64,000 nt of DNA from Nemertoderma westbladi (GCA_032718475.1 JAUCBJ010002864.1:5760-69759), one strand, 5' to 3'; positions 1 to 13,489 are shown, counted from the first letter of the stretch. Notes: generated from the sequence alone by a model not told the origin. A program made the numbers and translations.

Positions 1-2
1 GG

Positions 3-104
3 AATAATGTAGTCTTGAAGAATTTTGAACATACCCATGTTCAAACATGGTGGTCAGACTATGAACAAAACATGGTAGCCCGTGTGATCTTGACACAGAG
101 TTGA
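3..104 (+). CDS. Possible 3'-terminal coding exon of a gene starting left of the window (NNVVLKNFEHTHVQTWWSDYEQNMVARVILTQS*)
   Basis: Open frame from the window edge to TGA at 102-104, protein-like composition, AATAAA at 203-208 in AT-rich DNA. Family not recognised. Confidence 0.3.
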   Translation, partial: NNVVLKNFEHTHVQTWWSDYEQNMVARVILTQS

Positions 105-1989
105 ATGTCTAGAAAAATTCTACGAGAATGACTGCTGCTATACAAAATGAATTGTATTTTATTTTTATTGTAATGTATTTTATATTCCCATCCATCATCT
201 ACAATAAATTGAAGAAATATTTATTTTACAGTTTTTAGCAATAACTTCATCATATTCTGGCACTGAATATCAGCAAACACGAACTAAATTACATTACAAT
301 AATTTATATTATAACATATTTATAGTTACAATAACTAAAAATGTTAAAAATCTCCCATAGTTGCCAATATAATACAATACAGGAAAGCCAAGCAATCAAT
401 GCCTACAACTGATCATTCGTGCCAACTTTCTGTTTCAGTGGGAAGTATCACAATTAATTTAGGCCTCCATTATATTATATGTTTTGTCTTTGTATGAGTG
501 TGTATAATTGCAACATTTGTGGATGGTTTGAATACGACTTACGAAATAACATTACTTGGATTTATTGATCACAATAGAGCAAGGCGTTCTAGAACTACAT
601 GGCCACGCACGGCCATGCAACCGTGAGGGACTGGAGGCGGACTGGAGGCAAACTATTTTTTGTTAAATTTCATAATTTTATAATCACTCATTTTACGAAT
701 AACAAATAACAAATTTTAGAAAATTATATTCTGGAAATATAATTATTATAAATTCAATATTGTGTTGTATGTGTTTTAGATAAAGGCGTTCTAAATAATA
801 GGTCATGACGGTGGAATTTACTAGCTAATTTGAGTGTTTATGTATAAGTTACAAAGCAAAAACGTTATAATGTATCTCCATTTTTTTCGACCTTTTTTTG
901 CTATTTTCTGAAGTCTTTTGTGGAAATTATCTTTCTAATTTGAAAGGTGATTTTCTACAATAATGTCAGTACATATTTTTCTACAACAGTCTTAGAATCC
1001 CATCCAGAATTGATTTATAATGTAGTAAAGTAGACTCAGAACTTATAACAATTATTGTTCGTTGGTGGGAATGTTCGTTGGTTGGTATTGAATGTAGGAC
1101 GTGTTGGAGACGACATCAGGTATGTATTGAGATGAATTTACTGACCACATTTATAAGTATAGACGATCCACGGTTAATTATTCTCAAGAACACAGCAGAG
1201 ATGACCAAATGCATGACTACGAGTTATTCTAGGGTCCGCAATGTGTAACAATGTGTTTTGTCAGGTCAGGTATTCTGGGTCATTGATCAAGAAAACTTGC
1301 CACCTCCATGCAACATAAAGGAGGTGCCACCTGTGGCTGCATAGACCCTCTTACTAATGGCAAATCTGGTCCTGTAACTAGGACCCCCTTCGTTCTGGGA
1401 TAATGACGCCCTAGGTCCTGGATTAAGGACCCATATACTTGGCTGCAGGCGTATATGGCCTGGCCAGGCAGATGGTGATCTACCAATGGCTTGTCAGGAG
1501 TAGTGTTCTCATGTCCACTCTTCACTTCACTTGCACTTCACTGCGACCTGCACCTGGCAGCAAGGGTACAGGGCATGGCCAAGCAGATGAGCTGCACAGC
1601 CAATGGTGGGTCATGTGCACAGAGTAGGTACTGGTGATGGGCCTCATATAGGACTCCACTGTGACACCCTGTGGAATGGCAAACCGGGGTGTGGTGTTTG
1701 CCCCGAGAGCTGACTCGGCAAAAAAGCACCCCCCAACCCTCAGAGGTCCGGCCGCTAGAGGCCAGTGGAATTACCGGATACAATCGGCCTCACAAGCGTC
1801 AGTTACCTCCTGACGGACTGCCTGTCTCACCCCCTACTGGAGAGAGAGCAGCCAACAAATCTGTGAGTCCCTTTCCTGCTTTCTGCCCCAAACCCTGGGT
1901 CACCAGTGAGGCCAGATTGTGAGGGTGAGAGGGATTCTGGAGTTGGAGGCTACTCTCATGTTCCACACGACCAACCATGCCATTGGTGA

Positions 1990-2470
1990 AACTGAAGCAA
2001 GTTACTAGACTAGCCTCAGTTAACACCCTAACACTCGGGTCCCCAATGCGACAACAAGATAAGCTGACTGACTGCCTTGGCTAGAAAAGCGTTCTCTTAG
2101 TGCAGTAGATATTCAAGAGCACCAAATGCAGACTGGACAGACTGATGAGGTTCTGATTAAGGACATGGGGGCGGTTGGCGACTTGCCCTTGCATCAGCAG
2201 ATGATAGTGGCAATGGTCTATTGATGAATCCAACTGCACATGTAGCATTTGACAAAATAGACCAAATCTCTAACCGCATCATCCGTTACCACTTCTCATG
2301 TTCTGGAAGACTGGCTAAGAAGTTTCCTAAGGCGGTTCTGATTGTGTTCTATTCTCCAACTAGTGTTGCCCCAGTAGAGGAGGTGGAAAATTTCTACCAC
2401 AATCTACAAGCAGCTACTGATGCAGTGGATCAGCATGCATTCTTAACATTCCTGGGAGACTAATGCAAGT
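1990..2470 (+). pseudogene. RTE/RTE-X LINE apurinic endonuclease (APE) domain remnant; GC-richer DNA from ~1600 is probably its 5' UTR
   Basis: Translated motifs KLASVNTLTL, IQEH, ISNRII...FYSPT...EEVENFYHNL...LGD(*)N match the APE motif order of RTE-clade elements. Frameshifts and stops present. Confidence 0.75.
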
Positions 2471-3774
2471 CTGCATCAATCACCTACATCGCCCTGGGTC
2501 TATGTCCCTTCAGGATTTCATTTTTTTTCGGCTGGAACCCAGTTCAAGAAGCGAACTGGAAAGCTATGGACTCAGTGGACCCAGTAGTGGGGGGACGCCA
2601 TTTTCGGACAACTCTTCGATTTATCACTCTCAGCGTTTCAAAATGGTTTGGTTTTGGCTTTAATTTTGAATATAGGTACCTAATATGCTATTTTACATGA
2701 CAGGTCAGAAAAAGTTTATTTTCCGCTATTTAATATTAGTTAATACTAGGTAGCAATAAAAAAAACTTGGTTGCGGTTAAAACCCAAAAGCTTTTACAGT
2801 TTTGAATCTAATCACATGAAAGACTTTTTATATGATAGATCAAAGATGGGGCAACATAACTATTAGGCTAAATTTTGTGAAAATAATTCTGCACCGCTAG
2901 GTGGCGCTGCAAAGTAATGCTAATTTTTTAGGTTTGTTATAAATAGTATTAAATTTTATTAATAAAAAATTTCAAAACGTTGCCTGATAATTTTATGCAG
3001 AGTAGTTATGTAAACACCCACGGAAATTGTCAGACTAATTGCTCAAAGAATAGTAGAAGTAGTAGGGTTTTGAAGTTGACAATTTCATAAAAAAAATTGG
3101 AGATAATCGACCATAATAGTAATAGTAATTTCAATAGGTCGCCCTAAATGGAAATTGCTTTAACTTGAAAACTGAAAGAGCTATTAAATAGCGGTTTTCA
3201 GATTTGGAAACACCATTTAACCCTTTCCGGCCTGAATTAATTTAATTGAGGAAAAAAAATTGGTTGGTCTTGTTAATGGGTTAATTATACACCAAATAAT
3301 AATTTTCGATGAAAAAATTTTCAAAAAATTATTTCCAATGTTGTTTTTTTTATTGTATACAAAAGTATACGTTAGGTATATGAAACATGTTCCCAATGTA
3401 TACTTTTGTATACAAACTCTAGATTGTAAGTACTTACTTACATACATACATCGTATAGTAAGTATATTCTATATATATATATATAATATAGAGAATAAAC
3501 AAAACATGCAACGAGCAGGCAATTTTAATTATGTTTTTTCGGAATGAAAAGTTGTCAATACTTTGAAATTTGCCAAAATGCCAAAATTTTATAATTTTAT
3601 GTGTTTTCACAACACACGTTGTTTAAAAGCAACACAGTGCGACAAAAAAACTTAAAAATGAAGAATTATACAGTGAATGTATTTTTCTGTCAGTTTTGTT
3701 CAAGTTTGAAAAAAACAGTTTCGACTAACTTTTTTCAACTGTTTGTATGTCTATCTGCCCTGCCTGTATACTGT

Positions 3775-4425
3775 GGGTGTACAACATCTACTCCCCAACG
3801 GTGGCTACACCACATCTACTCCCCAATGGTCAACATTTACTCCATATGGTGGCTACACCACATCTACTCATCAATGCTCAGCATCTACTCCACTATGGTG
3901 GCTGCACCACATCTACTCATCAATGGTCAGCATCTACTCCCCAATGGTGGCTGCACCACATCTACTCATCAATGGTGGCTGCACCACATCTACTCCCCAA
4001 TGGTGGATGTACCACATCTACTCCCCTGTGGTGGCTGAATCACATCTACTCCCAAGGCCCAATGGCGACTGTGCCACATCTAGTCCCCAATAGTGGCTGC
4101 ATCACATCTACTCCCAAGGCCCAATGGTCAACATCTACACCCCTATGGTGGCTACGCCACATCTACTCCCCAATGGAGGCTGTTCCACATCTACTCTCCA
4201 ATGGCGACTGCACCACATCTATCCACAATGGTGGCTGCATCACCTCTACTATCCTATGGTCAACATCTACTCCCCATGGTGGCTGCATCACATCTAGGCC
4301 TACACACCCCCCCAATGGTGGAAGCACCACATCACACAAACGGTGGCTGAATCACATCTACTCCCCAACGGTGCTGCACCACATCTACTCCACAACTGTG
4401 GCTGCACTACTTCTACTCCCCAACT
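3775..4425. repeat. Degenerate minisatellite (~28-bp GGTGGCTGCACCACATCTACTCCCCAAT alternating with ~21-bp variants) inside the piggyBac-type element
   Basis: About 20 recurrences of the CATCTACTC core; explains the overlapping low-complexity ORFs at 3601-4442. Confidence 0.9.
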
Positions 4426-4772
4426 TTATAAACCTAACATAGACAAATGTATACAGTGGTTTATCAATAACACTACCAGCCTACCTGTACTGTAAAGTTT
4501 ATCCTGGAAGTATTATTATCTCATTGGACAATCCATCTTTGGAATACCCAATCAAAATTCACAATATCGCTTTGCCAAAGCATTTAAATAACCATCTTTC
4601 CTATGCCAGGTAGTCATCATGTCAATACCTGAAAACATCGCATCTAAAATCGTTCATTGAAGCCTTCTACTACAATTATCCAATCAGAATCGGTAATTTA
4701 TAAGTAAAGGAAGTGTGATAGTGCCTCAATTGGATAAAACCAACTATAATTAGTTAAAATTATGCAATTCGT

Positions 4773-4939
4773 TCGTCGTTATGGCAAGTCGTGGACGACC
4801 TGCCATAACATATATAGATCAACTTGAAAGGGATACTGAACTTGGGAGAAACGAAATTGCGACAACTATGGAGAATCGGGAAGCCTGGAAGGATCTCATT
4901 TCCACTGTCCGAGTTCGCTCGACCTAGTAGTAGTAGTAG
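4773..4939 (+). mobile_element. 5'-truncated RTE-X LINE 3' end (family 1)
   Basis: Nearly identical to 6790-6944; (TAG)n tail; 12-bp TSD TATGCAATTCGT at 4761-4772 and 4940-4951. Confidence 0.9.
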
Positions 4940-6024
4940 TATGCAATTCGTAGTGAAATAAATTCAGTGTATACAAAAATATACAGTCGGCCGGAAAGGG
5001 TTAAACGTGCAGTATAATCGATCATAAAAATAATTTCGACATTTTTTGAACCAAAATGTTGTACCCTCCCCCTAGTTTGGGCTAAACCAACAAACTGAGA
5101 AAATCGTTATTCCTAAAACTAAAAATAGCTTTGAAGTCGTTAAAATTATGGAATTCGCTCTATATCGATGTAGTCAAGTCAACAAACCTTGCAAGATTCA
5201 AATTACAGTTGAAAAATATATTATGAACTAAATTAACGAAGAAGTGAATTAGCTGGGACTGTTAGTAGTGCACCGGGAAAGGTAGTGTCTGACTCAGCTT
5301 TGCGAATTCACACAACAATAATGATTCATATTAAATTTATTATTGATTTGGTATTATTGCCTCAGAATTCTATTGTTAATAATGACAAAATAATATGAGA
5401 GCAGAAATTGAATGATGATAGGAATGGGGCAGAGTAACACACTAGCGGATCTATTAATTAGAGTAGCACCCTGCAACGTGGGAGGGGATTGTTAGGTGTA
5501 GGGCAGACATAGCTAATGGAGCAGGAGGGTATGTAATAATGTGCATTTTAAATATTATTTTCAGATTTTCATTAATTCAATCTACAAAGTGCCTCGATGT
5601 CAATAACGTTCAATGTATCTCCATGGCATACTTAACGGAGATGAGAACTGCTGCTTCATGGGTAATGCCTAAACAACAGTCATTGCAACTCAAGCACAAC
5701 TGTATGGGTTGGCGATAATCCTTGATTATAATAATTGTAATAACAATTCTATTAATGGTATTGGCTATAAGTAATAACCTATGTATGTTGCAGTAAATAG
5801 GCTTTTTTGTTATTTTACGACTCCCATAATCGATTTAAGAACACTGAATACTAGTTTCTATTGTCTTAGTTAAATGAAAATCAATAATAGTGTTATTTTA
5901 CTATTGTGTAGTATGTATTATATACTGTGTATTTTAAATAACACTGATAGCAGCAAATTAACCTAATCATAATATTAGTAGAATATAATAATTAATCAAA
6001 ATATTCAGACCATCAGTTATTGAG

Positions 6025-6276
6025 TTACTGTTTTCGTTTGAGACCATTACTCCATCTCGACTTTATCCAGTGTATCGGAAAGCTCCTTATACCCTCACCA
6101 CCATCAGCCACTAACTCGTCTGAATTACGATCGTTTCTCTTCCCTACAGACATTGTCCAGAATCCCACATCATCCAGTTGCTGCTGCTTGCTTCCGTATC
6201 CATTAACCACTGGCGTCATCTCCAGTACGAATACACAGAGAAGCAAAGTGAAAACCATTACACAGAAATTCTTCAT
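6025..6276 (-). CDS. Putative secreted neuropeptide/peptide-hormone precursor (83 aa)
   Basis: MKNFCVMVFTLLLCVFVLEMTPVVNG is signal-peptide-like, followed by YGSKQQQLDDVGFWTMSV-GKR (amidation Gly plus dibasic site), an acidic spacer and a second KR. A polypyrimidine splice acceptor (ttttattctcttaatgttacag, ending 6300) lies 23 nt upstream of the ATG. Confidence 0.65.
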   Translation of the reverse strand: MKNFCVMVFTLLLCVFVLEMTPVVNGYGSKQQQLDDVGFWTMSVGKRNDRNSDELVADGGEGIRSFPIHWIKSRWSNGLKRKQ

Positions 6277-6523
6277 GCTAATATTCAACCTTGTTCAGTC
6301 TGTAACATTAAGAGAATAAAAATATATTATTGCAATGATAGCTTTAATGAAATTGATTTAAGAACAATACCATGAACTTCTTTGCTACTCAATTTTTGAT
6401 ATATTATAAAATCTCTATTGTGATATCTAAGGTAATGATCTCTATTCTCTAATTGTCATTGCTGTTGAATTATTTATTATTGCAGAAATATACTCTGATA
6501 TATGCACTTCTAAGTTACTCTAA

Positions 6524-6944
6524 AGTGTATTTTTATACGGGGGGTGAAACCTGGACACTGACTAAATCACTTGAACAACGAATTGATGTTTGCTACACAA
6601 GACTACTAAGGGCACCCCTAAACATCAGCTGGAGACAACACATGACAAACGCCGAGCTTTATGGTACAATACCGCCTGTATCAACCACCCTCCGTGAACG
6701 CAGATTAAGATTCAGTGGGCACTGCTGGCGAAGTAAAGACGAGGTCATACCAGATCTACTTTTCTGGCAACCAACTCATGGAAAGCGTAGTCGTGGACGA
6801 CTGGCCATAACATATAAAGATCAACTTGAAAGGGATACTGAACTTGGGAGAAACGAAATTGTGACAACTATGGAGAATCGGGAAGCCTGGAAGGATTTCA
6901 TTTCCACTGTCCGAGTTCGCTCGACCTAGTAGTAGTAGTAGTAT
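6524..6944 (+). mobile_element. 5'-truncated RTE-X LINE 3' end (family 1)
   Basis: ORF ...ETWTLTK...LNISWRQHMTNAELYG...RRLRFSGHCWR...LLFWQPTHGKRSRGR...; (TAG)n tail; 13-bp TSD TAAGTTACTCTAA at 6511-6523 and 6945-6957. Confidence 0.9.
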
Positions 6945-7100
6945 TAAGTTACTCTAAGATATTAGTTAGTGGCCTATTGAAATATTATTGAGTGTACAAT
7001 AAAATGGTTGTTAGGTTTTACAGTTAAAATAATACAGGAAGATTATGATTGGAAGTAAACGAAATGAACAGTGAACATATAAGTTGATCAAATTTTGCGA

Positions 7101-7192
7101 CCTTACTAAATGAACTACCTATATTCTACCACTCATGGCTCCCGGACCCACGAATTCAAGCCCCAGGTCACACCCGTCCGTCCTTTTAAATA
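7101..7192 (-). promoter_or_regulatory. Candidate TATA-like box and non-coding first exon for the 6025-6276 gene
   Basis: Minus strand reads TATTTAAAAG (ending at 7192), a GC-rich spacer, a short exon-like stretch and a GTAAGG donor-like motif near 7106-7101. Motif-only evidence. Confidence 0.2.
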
Positions 7193-9249
7193 TTTCACTG
7201 TGAAATTAATTGCTTCCAAAAGAAGGAATGACATATCTGCCCTAGGCATTATTGTCAAAGGGACTGCTTACTTCCACTGAATGCTAAAGTTACTTCTCTT
7301 GATTAACTATAATGAAAGCATGGAGATTTATTTATTTAAAGGAACCAAACTTATGCAAATGTCCTCCATATTACCCAATTAATCGAAGTCTGTCATTATA
7401 ATATGTTCTTTACTTTCCGGTATTGCCTCCCAATCACTTTCTAATTGCATCGATAAATTAAACACAAATGCGTGTAGGTCACGTCCAGGAGAGTGGTTTA
7501 TGATGACAGCCAGTTGTCACAACCTTAACTGAAAATAAATTTATTTGCCAACTCTCTTTTAACAAAATCAAATTGAGCATTGTCCAAAAAATGGTTAATA
7601 AAATTGTGTTAATAAAAATATATATGTATTGTTTCCTTTATTTGATGTTCTCAGCCGATTGATCAATATATCAAATAATTAAATATAATATAGATAGAAT
7701 GGAATGTACACTTACAATGGAAAAGTTACAGTAAATGCAGGCCTAAACCAGTATGCCAGGACAATGGGGTGGATGCGATAGAGGTTATCTGCCTATCTGT
7801 CCTCTCTCAGACAAATACTCAAAACTGCTGGAGGTCAGTTGTGCTAGAAATTATGAAAAACAAGCATTAACGCATAGCAAGTGTGTTGCCTTAAAAAATA
7901 ATAATCAATTCGACGGTAGATAAGAATGCCACCTCTCTAGGGAACCTTGGGGCAGTGGGCCATCCTACAGGAGGGTCTCCACGGGGTTGGGTTGGAAGTC
8001 CGGTTCCTAAAGAACTCACGCTAAGCCAATTAGCAAGCAGAGTCGGGTTAGAGTGATGTATGCCTGTATAGGAAGGGAAATTGTCGTCAGTGTTTTATAA
8101 TTTATTCATTAAGTTCAATCAATATTAATTATTTATAATTATGCAGCTATCCGATTTATCATTCTCCAAGTCAACATGGGCTGATATGTAATCTGTAATC
8201 TCAAATGCTCAAATCTCAAAATTGTTGTTACTTTTTAAGAAGATTTACATCACTACTTTGAAAATTCGGCTCACTATTATAGGGTCTTGGAATTTCATTT
8301 TTTCACAAAAGTAAATAACAGTTTGTATGTTTCATTTTAGATTCTCCATTTCCGTACAAATATATTGATAAAAAGCAGCCGGATGGTTTGTATGGATTTT
8401 GTTCATGTGCTACAACCCCCCCCCCCCCCCCCTCCACATACTTTACATAAACGTGCCGTTTCTAGTTTTTAACACAAAATTTATTTCAATCCCACCACGA
8501 TAGCATAATCTCAAACTTGTTAACCTTTAATATGTCTCTCTAACTTCCAGCGAGGAATGGATGTGTCATTATATCCAACCATGAATGAATGTGTCACTGA
8601 CAACCAAATAATTACTTTGACAGCCTACTTGAAGTGCCACAGCAGCATTACTCACACCTAACTACGTCTAATCCATCAATGATTGAAAACTACTTGCCTA
8701 TAAAAAATTAACTAATCATTTTCTACATCAAATGATAAGCGATTTTTTCCTAATTAATTTGCACAAAGATGTACAATCTGCTGCACGAATTTAATATAGC
8801 GGAATATTTTAATAGATTCAGAATTTTCCAATTATTTTAATAGTAAACGACTGTTTGAGATTCGGCAGTCTGTAGGTAAGTGAGTTGGAATCAAATACAT
8901 CAAATACAAAATCATATAGTGGTTACGTTGTGATCAGAAAGTTAAATCCTTTTAGAAAAATTTTCGCACCAAATATTTTTTCCTAAATATTTACGAATTG
9001 TTTACCAAGATAATATTGTTATATATAATATTGATAGTTTTAACGAATTGTAATAACTATTTACAACAGATCATTTCCAATAGTACAGGAGTAGGTCTAT
9101 AATTTATAGGAAATATCTAAATAAGTTAATGTTCATGTCGTTCCACATTAACCCGTTGGGGTACCCAGTTGTTGAGGGATTTTTCAGATCATTAAAGTCT
9201 GAAATGCTCATGGTGCATCATTAACAAACCTAACCGAAAAGAGAGGAGG

Positions 9250-10190
9250 GATGAGGAAGACACATTGTTCACCCAAAGCCACGAAAAAGTATATAAGAGA
9301 GCATATCAATAGTTATCATCCATCTGTGTCCCACTACAGACATAAACTTACCTCCCAAAAAAGCCTCCTAAAAAGTTCTTGCCAGGACCTTATCTTGTTC
9401 TACCATGCACATGGATTATACAACAAAGTTTGATTACCATCCCTATTCATACAGTTTACGTTGTTCACAAAGAATTTAATATAAGTTTTTTGGATGTAAA
9501 TCGGATGAATGTGCTCAATGTCTTTTTTACGAACTAAACAATTCTTCCACAAATAAATAATTACATTCAATTCACAGAAGTAAGGCTAGCTACCTCAAAA
9601 CAAAAATATGATAAAGACCACTCTCCAGAGAGTGGTGAGGCTGGGGGGAATGATTTTTGTGTAGTATGGCATGAGAGGCTGCAAGGTCGGGATGCTGGTT
9701 CATTGGCTGACAGTATGTTAAGGGTCATCAGAGAAAAACGGGTTTGTCAAGATTGTATATATTTTGGCTTGATTATTGTAGAGGACAAAATAAGAACTGG
9801 TTCCTATTTAGCGGTTTAGCGATTGTCAATCGCCTGACCAAGGGACATACACACATATGTTGCTCGAACTGATGCGTGAAATATCAAAAAGAGGTGATCC
9901 CTATATTGAAGAGGTATTCCAGGTTCAATTCAACAAAGAATATGGCAAATGGTTTATAAAAAGGAGAAGTCTGCAGAATTCCTTCAAAAGAGGTACCAGG
10001 AATTCCGGAGAGGGATTAAAATAGTCAAGGAAACTATCATAAAGAAACTGGTCAATCTGAAACCAACAAACAGAAACAGTTTCCGGTTATCGAGGGCATC
10101 GAAAAAGAGTGTCAAACAGACTGACACAGTGGCTATGATCCTGTGGCAGTGGCTGAGGAGAAAATCTGATGTGTTGGAATTATACTGATT
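9250..10190 (+). pseudogene. Degraded Sola-like DDD transposase
   Basis: Pieces read IREHINSYHPSVSHYR, FNISF...DECAQC, VVWHERLQGRDAGSLA, FWLDYCRGQNKNW and KGHTH, the motif order of Sola-type transposases. Many disruptions. Confidence 0.7.
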
Positions 10191-12107
10191 ATTGTATTAA
10201 ACTGATCGGTTTTTTTCCTCGTCTTATTGAAATGATTCATTCACATATTGATCATGCCTGCTGTTCCACCCAGTATTCACATACTGAATGATAAAAAATG
10301 AGTTAGTTGTAATTGATGCAAAAAAGATACACATTTTGGGAGCAAATGTATTGACTTATACATATTATGTGTGTGTACTGTTAGTCAAATATATGTTTTA
10401 GCATATTTCCTATTATTTCCATGCATTTAAATTGGCTGATGATTCTGCACATGTGTTTACTCTATTTTGAATATTAATTTTGAAACTTGCCGAATTTATT
10501 ACGTAAATATTTTAAAATGAATAACCTGAGAAACCGGAACAGTTTTTAGGCATTACTCAAAGTGACCAAAATCGAGATACACGTCTTTGAATCGGAATAT
10601 AAGGGCTGTGAATCGGAATCAGGAAATGGATTCCGATATTGATTCTAGGCTGTCAACGATTCATGGACCAATATATGAGACCGTCGTGTACCGTCGTGTA
10701 CCTCAACTCATCACCAGTGGATGTGGGGATGAGCCCGGTTCTAAAGCATTCACGAAGGTTGCATGGAGAGTGGCAAAGGCCAGACGGATGTACGTACCGC
10801 TTGGTGAATCTGGTTGAGAATAAGAGTATCTGGCAAACTGCACCAATTGGTTTAGAAATAAAGAAAATAAAATAAGTTTTCTTATAATAGTAGAAATTAA
10901 TATTAAACTTGGTTTGGTTGGTTGTAAATGACACCATAAAGGCACCCTAGGTGTGCAGAACCATTAATGATATGAACGTTTATAAATTGAATTAGGACAA
11001 CCGGACACAGTTTCAATTATGAAAAATCCTTAACCTAGTAATTTCCTGCGCACCATGACTGCAACCCCGTAAGAAAGAGGCTCCCAATTGGCTTCTATTC
11101 GAGTCAATGTGGAAAAAGCCCATATAGATAACATAATTGGAATAATGTTTAACTTTAATTATTCTAAAAACATTCAGATTTATAGAATTAGATGCTGCGC
11201 TGCCCACGTATTTAGACGATATTTTACACCCGGTTAGGAATTTTCTTTAGAAATTAATTTACGATTTCCAAATGCCGCAAATGATTTCCAAATGTCCAGT
11301 TGTATTTGTGTGCCTCTGTAAATTTTTTTCTTTTTTTTTTCTTTTAAGTGTACCAGTATTATTACACCAATAGTACAAAGTACCATTCGGTGTAAAATAC
11401 AACAATTGCTTTACAAGTTATATTAGCTAGCTTGTGGTTTGGTTGGTGTAGAAATTCGTGTACAAGCATAAGAGAGCACCAACCCAACATATCACTACTA
11501 TAAATAATTATTAGCCCATGGGGTTGAAATGGGTCTTGAATATTTTTCATTTTCGATTTTTCATTGAAATAAATATGTCTGATATGCTAAATATGCCTGT
11601 CAATAAAAGAACATATGTAGAGGTACACCACTTAAGTGTGGCAGCAGTGTCACACTGGATGGCAAAGGCCAGAGGTAGTTAACAAAACATCTAAAAAATA
11701 AATAATAATACCTGGGAAGGGGGGGGGGGGTATGTTTGTTTTTAATTCGGTTGGATTAGACTAGGCTGTAGCAAGACCTACCAGTGTGATGTGACATAGG
11801 TAGTTGTACTGGTGCTTTATTCTTATTTTGTGTATAATGAACCATTTAGGCTATTACAAGTTTACTTTGTTAGTTTATACCCTGTATTTAATAAGAAATT
11901 CTCTTTGAAGTTGGCCCAATTTTTGGGCCAACTTCAAAGAGAATTTCGAATTAGTGAAAGCTAATAATAAAAAAATAAATTTTTAGTGATTGATCATATA
12001 AGTGGTCACCTTTAGAATTCTTAAAATATTATTATAGTTATACATATATATATGGTACATAATGTTAAAATAAATAATTTAAAACATATTTATATATAAA
12101 AGGTCCT

Positions 12108-13390
12108 AATTATTATTATTGGACAGAGTGAGTTGGTAAATACCAGCCTCTCCTCCACAAAGACGACAACAACTGAGTTGGTAAATACCAGCCTCTCCTC
12201 CACAAAGACGACAACAACTGAGTTGGTAAATACCAGCCTCTCCTCCACAAAGACGACAACAACTGAGTTGGTAAATACCAGCCTCTCCTCCACAAAGACG
12301 ACAACAACTGAGTTGGTAAATACCAGCCTCTCCTCCACAAAGACGACAACAACTGAGTTGGTAAATACCAGCCTCTCCTCCACAAAGACGACAACAACTG
12401 AGTTGGTAAATACCAGCCTCTCCTCCACAAAGACAACAACAACTGAGTTGGTAAATACCAGCCTCTCCTCCACAAAGACGACAACAACTGAGTTGGTAAA
12501 TACCAGCCTCTCCTCCACAAAGACAACAACATTTCTCGTTAGGATGGTTGTACCCCGATGAAAGGCCATGGCATGTATACCTGGTGACCACATGGCGACT
12601 CGCTTGTAGTGAATCAACCCATCTAGGACCCGTGAATCCATGAGTACTCCAAAATTCAATTGGTATTTCTGCGATTTTATCATTCACCAATTTTTTGTAT
12701 TTCAAGAATTCATTGGCCATGACAAGGCCCAATGATTTCTGAAGGTCCATTGCAAGTGGCAATTGTTTGCATAAAGCATATACCACATACGGTTGCGGGT
12801 TGATTTGTGTCTTGACAAACAGTGTTTCAGGTAAGAAGATTTAATCCTATCCAGATTGTAGAAATCTTTTGCTGTTAGATAATTCCAAAAACATTTTTGA
12901 CTGTAAGTGATGATTGGCTTTATCTAGAATAGAATAGACTGATTTGGTTGGATGGTTGAATAGACTGATAGCTGTTTGAAAGATCCCTGGGGCATTTGGT
13001 CGAATGTACCACCTTTAAGGCATTGCAGGTTATAGTGGTAATATGCTTTTTGAAGGAAAGTGTAGAAGACAATTTTATTCCAAGGTAAGTATGGTAGTTT
13101 ACTATAGACAATGGTTGGCTGTCATAAAGAAAAACATCCTCGCGGCTGGGATGTCCGCCACAACAAAACTTTATAATTTGGCTCTTAATGTTTACCTCTA
13201 GGAAGTTGACTGTAGCCCAATTGGCCCCGCTGCATCCAAACCTTTCTGGAGAGTCTCGCGTGAGTCCGCATAAAATAAGACATCATCTACAAATAGGTTA
13301 ACAATAATATCGATAGCAGCGTCTATTATGTAAAATATTAGATCCAGTATGTATAGGAGGAACAAGTATGGGCTGAGACTATCACTTCTT
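12108..13390 (-). pseudogene. Non-LTR retrotransposon reverse-transcriptase remnant with Cys/His-rich C-terminus and (AAT)n tail
   Basis: LSPYLFLLYILDL...LFYAD...LQKGLD (RT core), HTYLGIKLSSTLSFKKHI (YLG motif), then ...CHG...HPNEKCCCLC; AATAATAATAAT at the 3' end. Clade not determined. Confidence 0.75.
12129..12531. repeat. Near-perfect 45-bp tandem repeat, 9 copies
   Basis: Unit TGAGTTGGTAAATACCAGCCTCTCCTCCACAAAGACGACAACAAC at 12129, 12174 ... 12489; only a G/A variant differs; no spacers. Confidence 0.97.
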
Positions 13391-13489
13391 TCAATTAGCA
13401 TATTTCCTATTATTTCCATGCATTTAAATTGACTGATGATTCTGTACATGTGTTTACTCTATTTTGAATATTAAGTTTGAGAGTTAAAA

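Larger units (their letters stand above)
3221..5000. mobile_element. Non-autonomous piggyBac-type DNA transposon
   Basis: 12-bp perfect TIRs CCCTTTCCGGCC (3221-3232) / GGCCGGAAAGGG (4989-5000), each flanked by TTAA (3217-3220, 5001-5004). No transposase ORF. Confidence 0.85.

Noticed and set aside
1280-2026. Cluster of short ORFs
   Set aside because: No recognisable domains; GC-richer retroelement UTR or remnant sequence.
3601-4442. Overlapping His/Thr/Pro-rich ORFs
   Set aside because: By-product of the minisatellite inside a non-autonomous transposon.
12129-12531. CRISPR-like regular repeat
   Set aside because: Units abut with no unique spacers, there are no cas genes, and the context is eukaryotic.
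13396-13476. ~80-bp near-duplicate of ~10398-10478
   Set aside because: Most simply a second fragment of the Sola-like element's subterminal region; no independent function evident.
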